A stretch of DNA of 64,000 nt from contig JAYWIR010000023.1 of the NCBI GenBank assembly GCA_036172245.1, forward strand, positions 1,054,001 through 1,118,000. The letters are read 5' to 3'. The stretch's first letter is position 1. The number at the start of each line of letters is the position of its first letter. The stretch is from Raillietiella orientalis (Eukaryota). Below the pieces are notes generated by a model, which saw nothing but the letters and a program-made list of their open reading frames with translations, was not told the DNA's origin and ran no database searches. Shown here one piece after another: positions 1 through 13,200 of the stretch. The translations under genes and the position numbers were made by a program.

Positions 1-42
1 TAATTTACACACATCCATTTTCTTTAGAATTAGCAAACGAAA

Positions 43-549
43 TCAGCCAGTCACAGTGCTGCTATGTGAAATGTTTATGAAAAGTTTCACTTTTCCATCC
101 AACTGTTTTCTTATTATATCACAAAGAGAAACACTCGAGTTTCCTTTCAAACTTGTCCAAAAATTTCTCGATGCACCCTGCAATACATGTGATCCAGCAC
201 TTGATCTAGAATTCACATGTGACATGTGATCTCGGAGTCTATCGAAAAAATCAATAAATGCATGCTAATCATTCTCTGGATAAGCATTAAGAGCAGTTTT
301 TGAACAAGTTTCTAAAATGACCTAAAGATGAGAATTATAATTGTTCTTTGAGTTTCCTGTAATTAACGATCGATAATTAAATACTGAATCTAAGGTATGG
401 ACGTTTCTTCTGAAAAGAATTGGGGAAATGAAATTGGAATGAATAAATCATACACTACTGCATTAGGAGTAATCAATACATTTTAGTGCAAATTTGTAAA
501 ACAAACAAGTACTTACCAAATTCATGGCCCCAAAATTCAATAATGTGAT
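43..549 (-). pseudogene. Exon-like fragments of an unidentified gene or pseudogene at the window edge
   Basis: A 33-nt exon 549-517 (ttttcag|ITLLNFGAMNL|gtaagt) splices in frame to an acceptor at 321 (tttag|VILETCSKTALNAYPEND*HAFIDFFDRLRDHMSHVNS...). The frame has TAG at 267-265 and TGA at 45-43. No family recognised. Confidence 0.3.
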
Positions 550-2276
550 CTGAAAATTTAAATTTACTTTATGATTTTGTAATGTAACTTTTCCTGATAG
601 CTATCGGTGATGACTGTTGGTACACGAATGTTCTAATGTTGGAATCATAAATGAACTTATTAAAATAGATAAATTTATTCAATGTGAAACAAAGCATAAA
701 TAGACAAAATAAAAAATGGGCATAGATGAAAAACTACATGCAGCTAAGGATTTTAGTTCTCAAGCTTCATGATTCTAATTTTCTATCGTATAAATTGATA
801 TCTGTTCATTTACATTAGAAATTCATTTTATATTATGATGATCTTGAACATACATTAAATTTTGTGTACACCGGGCATTTCGAAATTAAAGCAAGAACCA
901 GGCATTTAGAGAGAAATACGAAGGTTTAATTTCATGGTAATAATACAACAAATATCAGTTTGAAACCTCATGAGGACTGTACCAAAATCATACATACTTG
1001 GAATTAGAACACACCTAATGGACAAAATTTTCTTGCAGTTTTGAATAGAAAAGTCTATTTCTAAAGTTGAATGCATACATCATAAAGTTTAGAAAGAAGA
1101 ATTTGTAGACATGAGCAGTCAGATATTGTGTGAGACTGAAGAATCCTTTCTTCCAGATTCCTTCAACAATTCCATACTGATTGCTCGTGATTCTGAGCGT
1201 CTGTTTATTCCACTTTGGTTGTTTCACAGGAAACGTACGATTTGTATTATTCATAAAGTTAAGTATGCCTACTTTTGTTATCGATCTCCTAAGTATAAAC
1301 GTAAATCTTGTGAAAATCATCAAAAATCAACTCGTGGCTGCTTAAAACTTATGATGGAATACAATGCAAACTTTTGTTTTGGGTTTACAAGTCTTGTCAT
1401 TTGACACAGGTCATTAGATTCGATTAAGATAAGGATGTACTTATTCTGTGTTTTATCAAAGAACTTCTTGGGAGTTGATAATTTTTGAAATATTTCGTTT
1501 TGAAAGAAAATTAATTTAAGATATTCATGGATTTAATAAATCTGTGTTTTATTTATTATACCCAACGATATTTGAAAGTTCTAGTGCTCCACAAACAATT
1601 GAAATTGGAGGAAAAAAAAATTAAAGTGAATGGGGGTTTTTCATTCCAATGACACGACCACTTTCACAATACAGATGACTGCACAGTCGGTGAAACAGAA
1701 ACAATTGGTGTCTTAATAAAGTATGACTAATGCATGCACTAGAAACATTTTGAAGTGCAGTTACACTTTTAGATAACTAAAATATGGCTCATTATAAATA
1801 ACAAGGGAAGCAATGAGGGTTCTCGACCTTTTAATGAGTAATTTCAGCGAAATATGTTAATTTCAAAGTTATGTTTGCAGTTCTTCAAACCGCAGTTTAT
1901 GAGAAAGATGCAAGGAACAATTTGAATGTCACAATAGCACCAAATGTGTGGCAACGAAAAATAATTTCATCGGCTGTGCCAATTGGCAATTGCATAGCTT
2001 ACCGATTTTATACATCGGAAATTTTTTTTTTTATACCAGTTTTTAAAAGATCAGATCCTTAATGGGGGCGCAGGTTTTGAATTATTTTTCGATTTCCTTG
2101 GCATGGATTCCAATGAGTTTCATTGTTATCTTTGTTAATGCACTTGAAAGAGAACTTCAGCTGTGCAAGGGTAGTGTCACTTGTTTCCCTAATGTGAACA
2201 CTTACACACGTATACACACACATACAGATCTACATTTGTTTCCGTCATAGGCTTACAGAAACCAAAATAGATCGCT

Positions 2277-2316
<40 letters not shown>

Positions 2317-4274
2317 ACTGATGGTCAACTGGTGTCAGGAACTTCTACTTGAGAACGGTTCAATGATGGGATGCACAGCTGCTACAGCATTTAGCAACTC
2401 GAACTTAATTGCTTGATCTCTTTGTGTGTGTTTTTCACTTATTTGTTCACCGATGGAGCCACTATAACTCCAGCACACCCTTAACACATCCTGAAAACCA
2501 GCATTTCTTTATCGAGAATAATGGACCCTGTCCGAAATTTTGTTGCGATGTGAAACACGCTTGTGTGCTATGTGCTACACGGCTTCATCTTTGCAATGTG
2601 CTTTACTCTACTGACCGTTTCGGGACACTGCCGATAGTGTTTGCACTACGATTGCGTTTTTGGCCTTTGCACTGTTATTGTAAAATCGTCACATTAATTT
2701 TACGACGCTAAGTGGTGGGGGGAAAAAAAATAAGTACTCGAATTACGATTAGCACAAGGTGGAAATAAGTATAATAATTTAATATCTGTCGATAAGTATC
2801 TGTTAAATAAGTATGTTAACTTTTTGTACTTACCGAAAAATTCAGCTTTCCTTAATGATTTTTTTTGAATGAAATGTTTCCCCCTCCCCCCCCCCAAATC
2901 GATCGGATCAATAAATTAAGGAAAACGGTTGCTGGGGGAGGGGGGGGGAGGAATGGTGAATGGTGATGCAAGAAACCGTTTACAATCGTGTGTGTATTAG
3001 CATTATTTTGCTAAGGTGAAGTTCTCAGTTCGCAGTTTCGTCTGAGGTCTCCAAAAACGGAAAAGAACTCTTATTTTCCAGATGTGGGAAATGGGAGCAC
3101 GGGTGGGGAAAGGTTTGTGAGAAATGGAATGGATTACAATATTCGAAGTGGTTGGTTGATCAGAGAAACTCATAAGATTCCAAAAACTTGCATCTGTTGA
3201 GACTTTGAATATAAATTACGAAATTCGGAATGTTTTTAATGAATACATTTTACTAGTATATTATGAAAATGCATAAATGATGTAAAAAAAATTGCGCCTC
3301 TCTCTTACAATTCGTTTTTCGGGAACATGTACTCAGGCAGTACATGTTCTATATGACACTAGGCAAAAATTAATCGTAAATGTTGTTAAAGAGGACATTG
3401 TTAAATCACAATTTCTCCAAGTGCGTAGTACTAGTATTAAATAGTCTTCATTGGTCTCCTCATGGGTGAATATTTTTTATCTCTTTCTAATCATTATGAA
3501 TGCCTGTTTAAATGACAATGCATGCAGCTACAAACTTTAGAGTGCTGAGAGACTCGAAATACAAACAGCACTGCAACTCTGAAGAACACATTGAAATTTG
3601 TAGAAATTTCAAACACCCAAATGGCGTTAGAAAAGTGAAAAAAAACTGACTCTCAGACTGCTTTATTGGAAATGTAATATTCAAGAAATCAGCCACTTTT
3701 TTGTTCCTAACTTGAAAAAATTTCCTTTTTATATAATGAAATCCAAAAGCATTTATCACTTGTAAAAAAACCTGATTTCCTCTTCATTAGAGAAAATTAA
3801 AGAAATACGACTAGAATGTAGCTGTAACATCTTGTTTGCTTCTAAAAAAATGACAATTATTATATTTCTGTAAAAACCAATTTTTAATTATATAAATTCT
3901 TCAAGTCAGTAGCTATGTCATGTTTTGCAAATCACATATACAGCAAGACAATTGTATTTCATAAAGTCAAAAAAAAAAAACAAAAAAAAAAGCATGGACT
4001 CATTGATAACACATAATTGTCTTCTATTGAAAACTAACAAGGAAACAATCTTGTTCAGCTTATGTGCTTAACAAACAAAACACAAAAAATACTAGAAAAC
4101 ATTACAGTCAAAACTGTCTGAAAGGAGGCACACAAAAACTGCCAACCAAACCACACAGGAGTGCAAAACTTCCAAACTAGACAAGTTAAATTCATAAGAT
4201 ACCCATGCTCTTTGAAAATAACATCCAACAAAATCCAAACCCCTAATCAAAATCTCGCTTCCTCAACCTTTTCA

Positions 4275-5591
4275 TCACAATTTTGTTTGGTATTCTAATT
4301 TGGAATACCTGAGAGCATTTTTGACTTTGTTCTGCCATTCAGCAGCATCTTTTTTTAGTAGAATTGTATTATTTTGTATTTCTGGATCAGCCAAGCCATA
4401 GTTAGGTGGATTTGCAAAAGGATCATATCCCAAAACAAGCAACATTGGTGCAATTTCAGCCATATCAGTAACAACATCCTCTGGAATTTGACCAACCCAC
4501 TTAGTGAGAGCTTCTAAATTTACTGGTTTGACAACTTGATCTGAAGACTTCTCCAGTCTGACAACATAAAATCCATTTAAGTACTCATAATTATCTACCT
4601 TACATAGATAAGGATATTCCCTTTGGCTTATTGATAAGTTGCTCATGATGCAACACAGCCTCATGCCACTTTATATCCAAAAATGCAAGGATACGACTCA
4701 TCCAAATACGTGGATGTAGAACAAGCTGTTCATAATGGACAGGCAAACAGCGCTTCGGACCCACTTCAATACACTGTGCATGCATTACTTGCATAGCTAA
4801 ATTCCATTTTGCAAGACTCTGGCGATAGCTGTGCAAGTCAAAGCCTGAAACAGTTATCTAGCCAACACAGTGCCAACAATAATCTGCTTTTTACTACTTT
4901 TCTGCTAATGATGGAATGGACAGTTGCTCTTCCATCACGAATCATGAAGATAAACTTTGAACTGGGAAAGAGCTTGCTCAAATAAACAGTAGACTTTAAA
5001 GTAAAAGGATCCTTATTGCACAGATATGGAGCTAGTTCCCCATGCTTGATTACTATTTCCAGGATGAAAGCAGCTACTGCATCATCAATGACCTATTTGT
5101 ATTAAAGCATTATTATGAAGTAAAATCAGAGAGTTCAAAAGTGAAATTAATATACTAAACATAAAGATAAATTGTACTTCAGCAGTTAGACCCGCTTCTT
5201 TTAATCGCAAGTTTTCATGTTCAGATTTTTTCCACTGAGCTCTCATCTGTAGAATTCTAGGAATCACTCGAGTTTCTTCACCACATCTAACATCAGGATG
5301 AGCATCCAACATTGCTCTAACAAGAGTGGTTCCTGAACGAGGCATACCACCAATAAAAATCAATGGAAGGTTTCTATCATACTTGGACAGCAATGTCTGG
5401 GAATAGCTTATTATGGAAAATTTTTTTAATAAGCTCAACAATACCTTTTCATATTCCGCAACACGGATTGGAGATCTGTAAAATGAACTGTACGTAACCA
5501 AGTAACAGACCAGCAGTGACACACCACACCATACTATGATGTTCCTCAATTGAACATTAGAAAAAAAGTACAAACCATACTTCAAGAACAT
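4275..5591 (-). CDS. TPST: Protein-tyrosine sulfotransferase (Golgi type II membrane enzyme), spliced
   Basis: Motifs [99 protein letters not shown], plus an N-terminal TM segment. GT-AG introns inferred at 5444-5397, 5177-5093, 4897-4858, 4603-4558, and possibly 5580-5545. Stop TGA at 4277-4275. Confidence 0.95.
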
Positions 5592-7188
5592 TTATATTCT
5601 TTAATTCATCCCTGGCAAATTTAATAGAAAACTCCAATTACAATAAAAACTTGTTTATTCATCTCTTTTAGAAATAATCACACCATTTGTAAATATGGAA
5701 TAAAGATGTGCATTCACTTAATTAACGGTCGTTGCTCCTACAGCTTATCTACACAAGCCTTTCTGATCCGTTTGTGTAACAATGCAACTCGTGTATTTAA
5801 AATTCGGCACAAGATTACATCATAGAGTTTGCTATGTTTCTGGTATGGAAAACTTTAAATGTTTATACTCTTTGAAGTTAGATGCAGCATCTGTGATACC
5901 AGTTGTACATTTGACACTTTCTCGCAAGGTCATACACTACATTTATAATCATGTCAGGCATTATATTTTGATGCATCAATACTAGTACTGCTCATGGAAT
6001 TTGGAAAAAAAATTATGTGCTACTATGATTAAAGACAAAACCATTCACAACAATGCACACCACAATGCACTCCATAAATAGTTTTGTGATTTTTGTATAT
6101 ACGACAAATTATCGGAAATGTATCTTTAAGAAATTGTCATCGTTTCAACATCACTTATTAGTAAATTAAATGAATTTCATCACCATTTCAAATAAAAATG
6201 AAACCTTGATAAGAAAGAAACATGACTGATTAAATACCAAATATTAGTCTGTTAGGAACAGTCCAAGTATACTGAAGAATACAAGAATGATATAAAGGAT
6301 AAGGAAATTCGTAAATGCTTTGCCATTGGATGTTTACCATCGAAGTCAGTTGCCGAACAAGAATTATCAAACAAAATACGAAATAATAAAAATGCAATGT
6401 GTGTGTTCATTCGGGCAGACATATATCAAATACAGATCCATTTCGTGGTGAAAGCAAAGCATGTATCTGAGAGTTACAAACATCTCATGAGATATAATCA
6501 CCTTGCAAACCGTTCCCGCAAACTTTCGTGTATTTTGTTTATGTTATTCTTCAAACACAATTTTTCAATAACTAAGCAGCAAGACTGAACATGATTTAAA
6601 GCACCTATTTTTGGAAATCATATTCAAAAGATTGAAAGCTTTTATAGGAAACCAGTCACTAATGAGCTTGTTTATCAGTAGTTCAAACTACTGTCCATCA
6701 GTAAAGAAGGCTGAAAATGAAATTCGATTTTGAAAACCCTGACTTTCCTTCCATCCATGCATTCATTAACAAAGCAAGGCAAAATTCTTTTCAGTGTACC
6801 TAAATAATCATCAAAAGATAATTTATGTGTGATTCCTTCTAAAAGTATTCCAGTGCTTCTTTTAATGCTATAGCTACTGTTATGCTTTTTGGAATTCAAT
6901 AATTTTATTACTGCTTTATCTGATGTGAGCGATTCATTTTTTCTGTCTCAACATTCTCAAAGCAGCAATCACTTATGACTGCATTGGATCCCATATTTTG
7001 ATGAGGTTTCGAACAAATTATTCGATTAACTTGTAGATAATGTGGACTTAGATCATGTTGTGAACTTCCATTGCAAAATGTTATTTAATATTATATTAAG
7101 CAATATTTTTTATCCAGTGCGACAAATCACAAAATATAATCACGATTATTGAGTTAGCTCACAGTTATTATCACCTAGATATGCCGGA

Positions 7189-7730
7189 CTATTTGTTTAT
7201 GAAAATAAAAATACAATTACATTTTCCCGTGGTGAGCCCTTGGGTACACCACGTCACAACAGCTTGCTGGTTGCCGGTGCAAAGACCGGAGAGGTCCATC
7301 CAACGCGCGGGAGTAGGAATAAAGTAAACAAAAAGAAACAAAAAGTGAAACGTGGGGAGGGGAGAAATGTCTAGGGGCGGGGAAGGGATCACACTGCGCG
7401 CGGATCGGTCCTCTAGATCCTGTTCAGGATCCTGTTCAAGCAGTGTCCTGCTTGCGTCCAGGTGGGGCCAACTGGATACATTTCGCACGAAGATGCGAGT
7501 CCAATGGATGGCATCCCTGCCATTTTGTCCTCTTCTGTACGCGTTCCATGCCGCCACGATTCCACGAATGCAGCGCAGCACTGCTACAGACGCGGCCGGG
7601 GGTAGGCGGTACGCGAGAAGGGGCGCCTGAAAATGTCCATGGGGTCGCCTCCGCCAATGTTCAGGATCGTCGCAAGACAATTCCAAAGGGGACGGAGGGC
7701 AATGCAGTCTACGAGAAGGTGCGGGAAAGT
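7189..7730 (-). mobile_element. 5'-truncated 3' end of an RLE-type non-LTR retrotransposon
   Basis: GC-rich island in AT-rich DNA. Translation SVAVLRCIRGIVAAWNAYRR resembles the C-terminal helix of R2/NeSL-type ORFs. It is followed by a T-rich/structured 3' UTR ending ...cacgggaaaatgtaattg...ataaacaaa, similar to the 3'-end-like sequence at ~23,260-23,300. Confidence 0.45.
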
Positions 7731-10298
7731 CACAGTTACCTACTGACAAAACCCATAAGAGCAATTGATCACATTCAACTACCAATACACTTCAAACAGC
7801 AGAGTATTGAATTCCAATCAATTGGCAGCAGAGAAAATCAAGAACAATCAATTCCAAAGACTGATTACGCAATTTCCCCTAATTTATGATTATAAATGAT
7901 TTCTTTTTGATTTGTACATAATCAGATTTTTCTACTAACAGATAGTTCTCCTTGATTGAAAAATAGAGGAAAATGGGGAAAGTATTTTTTTAATAATAAA
8001 TAAATAGAATATTTTTTAATGATAATTGCGAGCATTTGTTGAAAAGTCCATTTGATATGACAAAGTTGCATATTCACAAATAGGCAGAAATCCGAGTTGA
8101 TGTTGCCTTTTTTCGTAACACTTTGAATTCTGTTTCCATAGATTAAAAAGGAAAAACATGAAATTAGAGGATCCTCAAATAGTCGGCAGCATCTCATTTC
8201 TGGTTTGGAAGAGAGGAATAAATGCTAATCAGTGAGGATAAGGCATGAAGAGACAAGCTGATAGCATGCAACCAATTTGCAACGAGAAATATTGGAAATA
8301 GGAATTAATGAAATCGTAAGTAATGGATTTTCTGAATTTTATTTCGGACTTCTCTAGAACTCTTTATGTCATCCAGAAAGTATTTCTAGAAATACAATAA
8401 GATAGATAGAACATTCAAACACATTAAACTTTTTAAAGAGTTGCAAAAATCATTTAATCTTTTCATATTTATGAAAACCTTCGTTCACATATATATTTAT
8501 GAAATTCCACAAATATATCACAAAACTTTTGAAATTTCTACACACTTCACACAAATCCTAAATCTAGAATAGGGGCACAAAGGGAATTTGAATTAAATTC
8601 TGTACTTGCCATATCTTACAAATATCATCTATCTCAATTGTAGAACAGATGGGATGTTATTATTCTTACAATTAACAACTCCATTTGTTCATATACTATC
8701 TGATTTGCTTAAATTTCCCATGTATCGCATCAGTTTAAATTTTGTTTGCTTTAGTGATATTAATAAGAGATTACATGAGTGACATGAATGACATGCAGCA
8801 TGCCTTTCGGGTTATCTAATTCGGGTTATTTAATATTCTATTTAAACTTGCTCCCTTTCATTCTTTTCGAATCGTGATTTCAGTGAGTAAGATTTCCGTT
8901 TCGTGGAGTCTTTGAATGATTCGTTTTAGAAATGAAACACACTGATTTGTGTATTTTTGTGGCTTTTATAATGACAGAGCTGCATATTAATTGCGTTCTC
9001 TATAATCTTGGACGGGAAGCTATTTTTAAGAACAGTTTTTAATTCAGGAATTTTTTTTCCTCGGATATATTCATGTTTCGAATCAGTTTTCCTGCTATTA
9101 ATAGCTTATAAACAATAACTGCAATCATACTTTACTGGAAAATATTATCTTTGTTGCCTATTTTAGATTTTCCATCATTTATCAAAGAAATTACAATGCA
9201 AAAATCATAATACAATACATGATGTACACAGAAATATCTAACATATAAAAATTTTCTAGTTCACACTCTTGAAGTCAAGATTATGTTTTAGTTTTTTATT
9301 ATTATCTGACTAGAGAATTGGATATGAAACTAGACCTCTATTGAGAATCATTGATTCGGGGATTTGCTTCTTAATTTGGAAGCATTTAGTTTTTTAAAAA
9401 CGTCACATTATTTCCTAAATACTACAAGGCTTTGTATCTGTAAAACTGCAAATTCTTTGTTCGAACATTTATCATAATCAATTTTCTAACGTGATTTCTG
9501 ATTCCGTTCATATTAATGATTTGTCATATGAGATTTAATACAAGTAAAGCGGTGATCTAACTTAAGAACTGATGAGACAACGGTGCTTAATCTTATATAT
9601 GAAAACTGCAAATTTTTCTGAGCAGTAATCAAACTTATGTACAATTTATCCACAGTCCTATTTTCGTAGCCTATTGTGCGCTAGAAGCAGTATTATGGCT
9701 GCAAATAATAATTAGAAATTCAATTTTATCTTTAAAATGAGTCTATTCATTCCATTCAAACTCATACTTGATTTGCTACAAGTTTCAAAGCATAATTCAC
9801 ATTTTGTATCAGTAATTGAATGTGCTTTAAAATTATTCCCATCTTTTTTTGTAGATGCGATTGTAAAATTTGGATTGCATTTCATCATCTGGCTCTAAAT
9901 TATTATAAATATATACATACTCTTCAAATTAGTATTTATAGACACTTTTGTAGTTTCAAAGCAATTACACTTAGAAGTTTCGTGGGTTTATTTGAGAATT
10001 GCTGCGTTTTGAAATGTGAAAAAATTTCGAGTTTGGTAGCTCCAAACCATCTAACGCATGTAATGTGCAAGTGGGGTCTTCATGTTTATATACAATTCTG
10101 AATGTAAACACCAAAATGAAGAAAGTGTGCTGTTTTGGACATAAGCTTAGTGTTCTGCTCACGTTTATCACAATAAATTGCACAATACGAAAATACCAGA
10201 TTACCTGTTCTTTAAAATAAATCTTTATGGTAACTGCCCGGATCCGATCAGTTGGTGAAATTATTGATGATAGCTGTTTGAAATGTCGAAAAGTCAAT

Positions 10299-13200
10299 AT
10301 GTCGAAAAGAAAATTCCCTTACGATAACGAAAGTGATTATTATTCTGTTCCTGGTGCACAGTCCGATAATCAAATAGCAGTTGGTGCCGCTGCTCAAAAG
10401 AAGCACACTCTAGATTCCGATGAAGAAGAAGAAATTGACAATAGTAAATATGATATTATGAAAAACTCAGATATCCCTGGTAAGTTATATCGGTTCAGAT
10501 GTTCAAGAAAATCCTTGTAAGCATTAATAGTCATACCCGTAGTGAATTTGTAAGTTTCCAACACAATAAAATGGGGGCTTTAATCTTTAGATTGTAAGTT
10601 TTATGTGAGTCTAATCATAAATTTGAGTGATCAATCAAGTACTCTAGCTAGGCTCTTGCATTTTAATCATCGTAGTCTGAGCAGTTTTCAACATTCTTGT
10701 TTTCTCTATGATGTCAAATGTGTTAGGTGAAGGCATCTCAGTTGTTTGGAGGAAAAGTTTACATAATATAGTTATATATATCCACATAAAATCAATATAT
10801 GGGATTGTACATAGTGAAGCCTCTATGTTCTGTAAAAAATTATAAAATCTGTTTGAACATAAACTTCAGAAATGCATGTAACAATTCATAAGTACCTCAG
10901 TAAGAACTGCCTGATATTCAGGCAATGTAGGCTTTGAAAATTTATACGAATCAGTTTAAAGCTGTAATTTTGTGATAAAATCTTTGAAATACATAACTGA
11001 ATACGTTTTTTGTTGAATATGAAAATTTATTGGAAGTCGCAACAAGTTTTAATAAAGTACAGTTTCTCAGGCACTGAATAATTTCTTTATATCATGGCTA
11101 TTTGCATTACTGATTTTTGATTTGCTTCTAGTATTTTTGAGTTCAATGAGTTAATCACAAGAGTGTTTAAAAATGAAGTCATTTCTCTTGTACATGTTTG
11201 ATTATTTTTGTTTTATTTGTAAAAATTATGGGTCACTAATTTATTAAATTGGTTACAAGAGAGTATGTTTATGATTGTCATCAAAATATTTGATCTTGCA
11301 TTTAAGTTACTTTCGAAATGGATAGAGAATAGGTTCGTTTATAAGCTAATATAATTGCTTATAAGGAATAATTTTGGAAATTAAGAATTCCCATCCAATC
11401 AAAAACTACTGGTTAAAACATAAAACTTAAATTCCCACTTTGGAGAATTGCATGTTCTTTGTTATTTTCTTTAACAATCTTGTTTGTCAGAGATGTTTAC
11501 TTGGCATACTGGTGATTGCTTATAGGTGGAAACTTTGTATATCAAAACTGTTGAAATATGACTTGAAGATATGTTTCTAACTGTGAAGCTGGGATTGATT
11601 TTCATGGTAACCAATGAGTATTATTGAACCTTTCACTCTAGGAAATGCCTTTTTTCAATACTTTTCTCTGTGCCTGTCTGATTTTCAGTTCAGACATTAA
11701 AGCCATACTCACTCATTCCATTTTAAATTGAAACTTTTTGTCATTGATTTCCACCTTCATCACAGTTTTTGCTGGCCTTTCGTTCTGCTCACAGTTCATA
11801 GAATGCTAAATACCCAGCTTTTTCAGGATTGCTTCATTTTTTTTGATGATTGTAACGATTTTTAAATGTTTTATCGAACATCTGGTTTCTGTTCTAGTTT
11901 TGTAGATTTGTTAACTTGTGTCTTTCTTAAGACAATATAAGTCTGGAAATTCTTTTCTGATAGTAGCAAACACATTGTTCAGCTATTACAAACAACAAAC
12001 ACACCTTCATCTGTTACTTTACTGTCATTATTAGAGACTTTATTGTTTTCTAATCACTTTTTGAAGTTCTTTTATTATTATTATTATTATCAATTCTTTC
12101 CTATTAATGTTTATTTGACTTCTGGGCAATTTCATGCTCTAATCTTTGTTTCCAGTCTGTTGCTACCAGTGATTTCAAACTTCAGAGTTTAGCATTTTTT
12201 TTACCCTTTTTGGGGCATTGGATTTAGTCAGTAGTAGTGTAAGTTTGTTCTTTTCATAGTTATTTAGCAAGATAATTTTCAATTTATGGCATTGGCATTT
12301 TAAATGTATTGGATTTCTAAAGAATGAACTTCGTATATTAAAAAGTATAGATAGGTATTAGAATAATGATTTATTTTAACAAACTCTTGGTACAAAATAC
12401 TGTGTTCATTTCACATTCTTCTGTTCATTATTTAATACAAAGTTCCATTCTCAATTAGATGGAGTCATGTGGATGTGTTTGGTGTTGCTTTAGCACACAT
12501 GTGGACATTTTGTAATTAAATTCAGCAAAAAAATATTTATATGTTTGTATCCACTTTTTAGGATCATTCTTTGCCTTTTTCTAATTTACAGTTTGCATAA
12601 AAATTTACTTGTGTCTTGCATTTGTGCACTGAATAACTCAGTATTCTCAGGAAGTTGTGTACATGTAGAACTAATAATGATTGTTCTTAGTTCTACATAC
12701 TGATTGATCATTCACATCAACTGGTTTGTTCTTCATATATCCATTTAAAATGGAAGCTTTTGCCGAAATTAATTTTCCATTAAAAAAAAAAACAAAAAGC
12801 TGGATTGAATTTTACAATTTAGAATTACAAGCTCAGCCCATTTCTTGAACAGGGGATAATTTTTTTAGAATTATGTTTCTAAGTTTACAACCTGGTGCTG
12901 TAGGATTTGACTGAGATTTAACTTTTATTTTTGTGCACATTAGGCATTTTTTATACTGCAATTTTATGATTGTATTGCCATGCACCTTGTAACCCTGACC
13001 TGACCTATCCCAGTTCTCTGGTAACTGAGTATTTGCACAGTCACTTCCTCAAAAAACTGCATAATTTTGAAATGTGTTTTGAATGAAAATCCCACAATTT
13101 GTATTAGGGCAAGAAGACAAAACTTTGGAATTTGATGGAGAAATACAAATAACTCCATTTAATATGAAAGAAGAATTGGAAGAAGGTCATTTTGATAGAG

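Noticed and set aside
2279..2312. 34-nt poly(T) tract
   Set aside because: Could be a retro-tail, but no element or TSD is recognisable. Simple homopolymers are common in this window.
3323..3362. Perfect 11-bp hairpin followed by CTAG (Helitron 3'-end-like)
   Set aside because: CTAG is not followed by T, the stem is AT-rich, and no 5' TC end or second copy was found.
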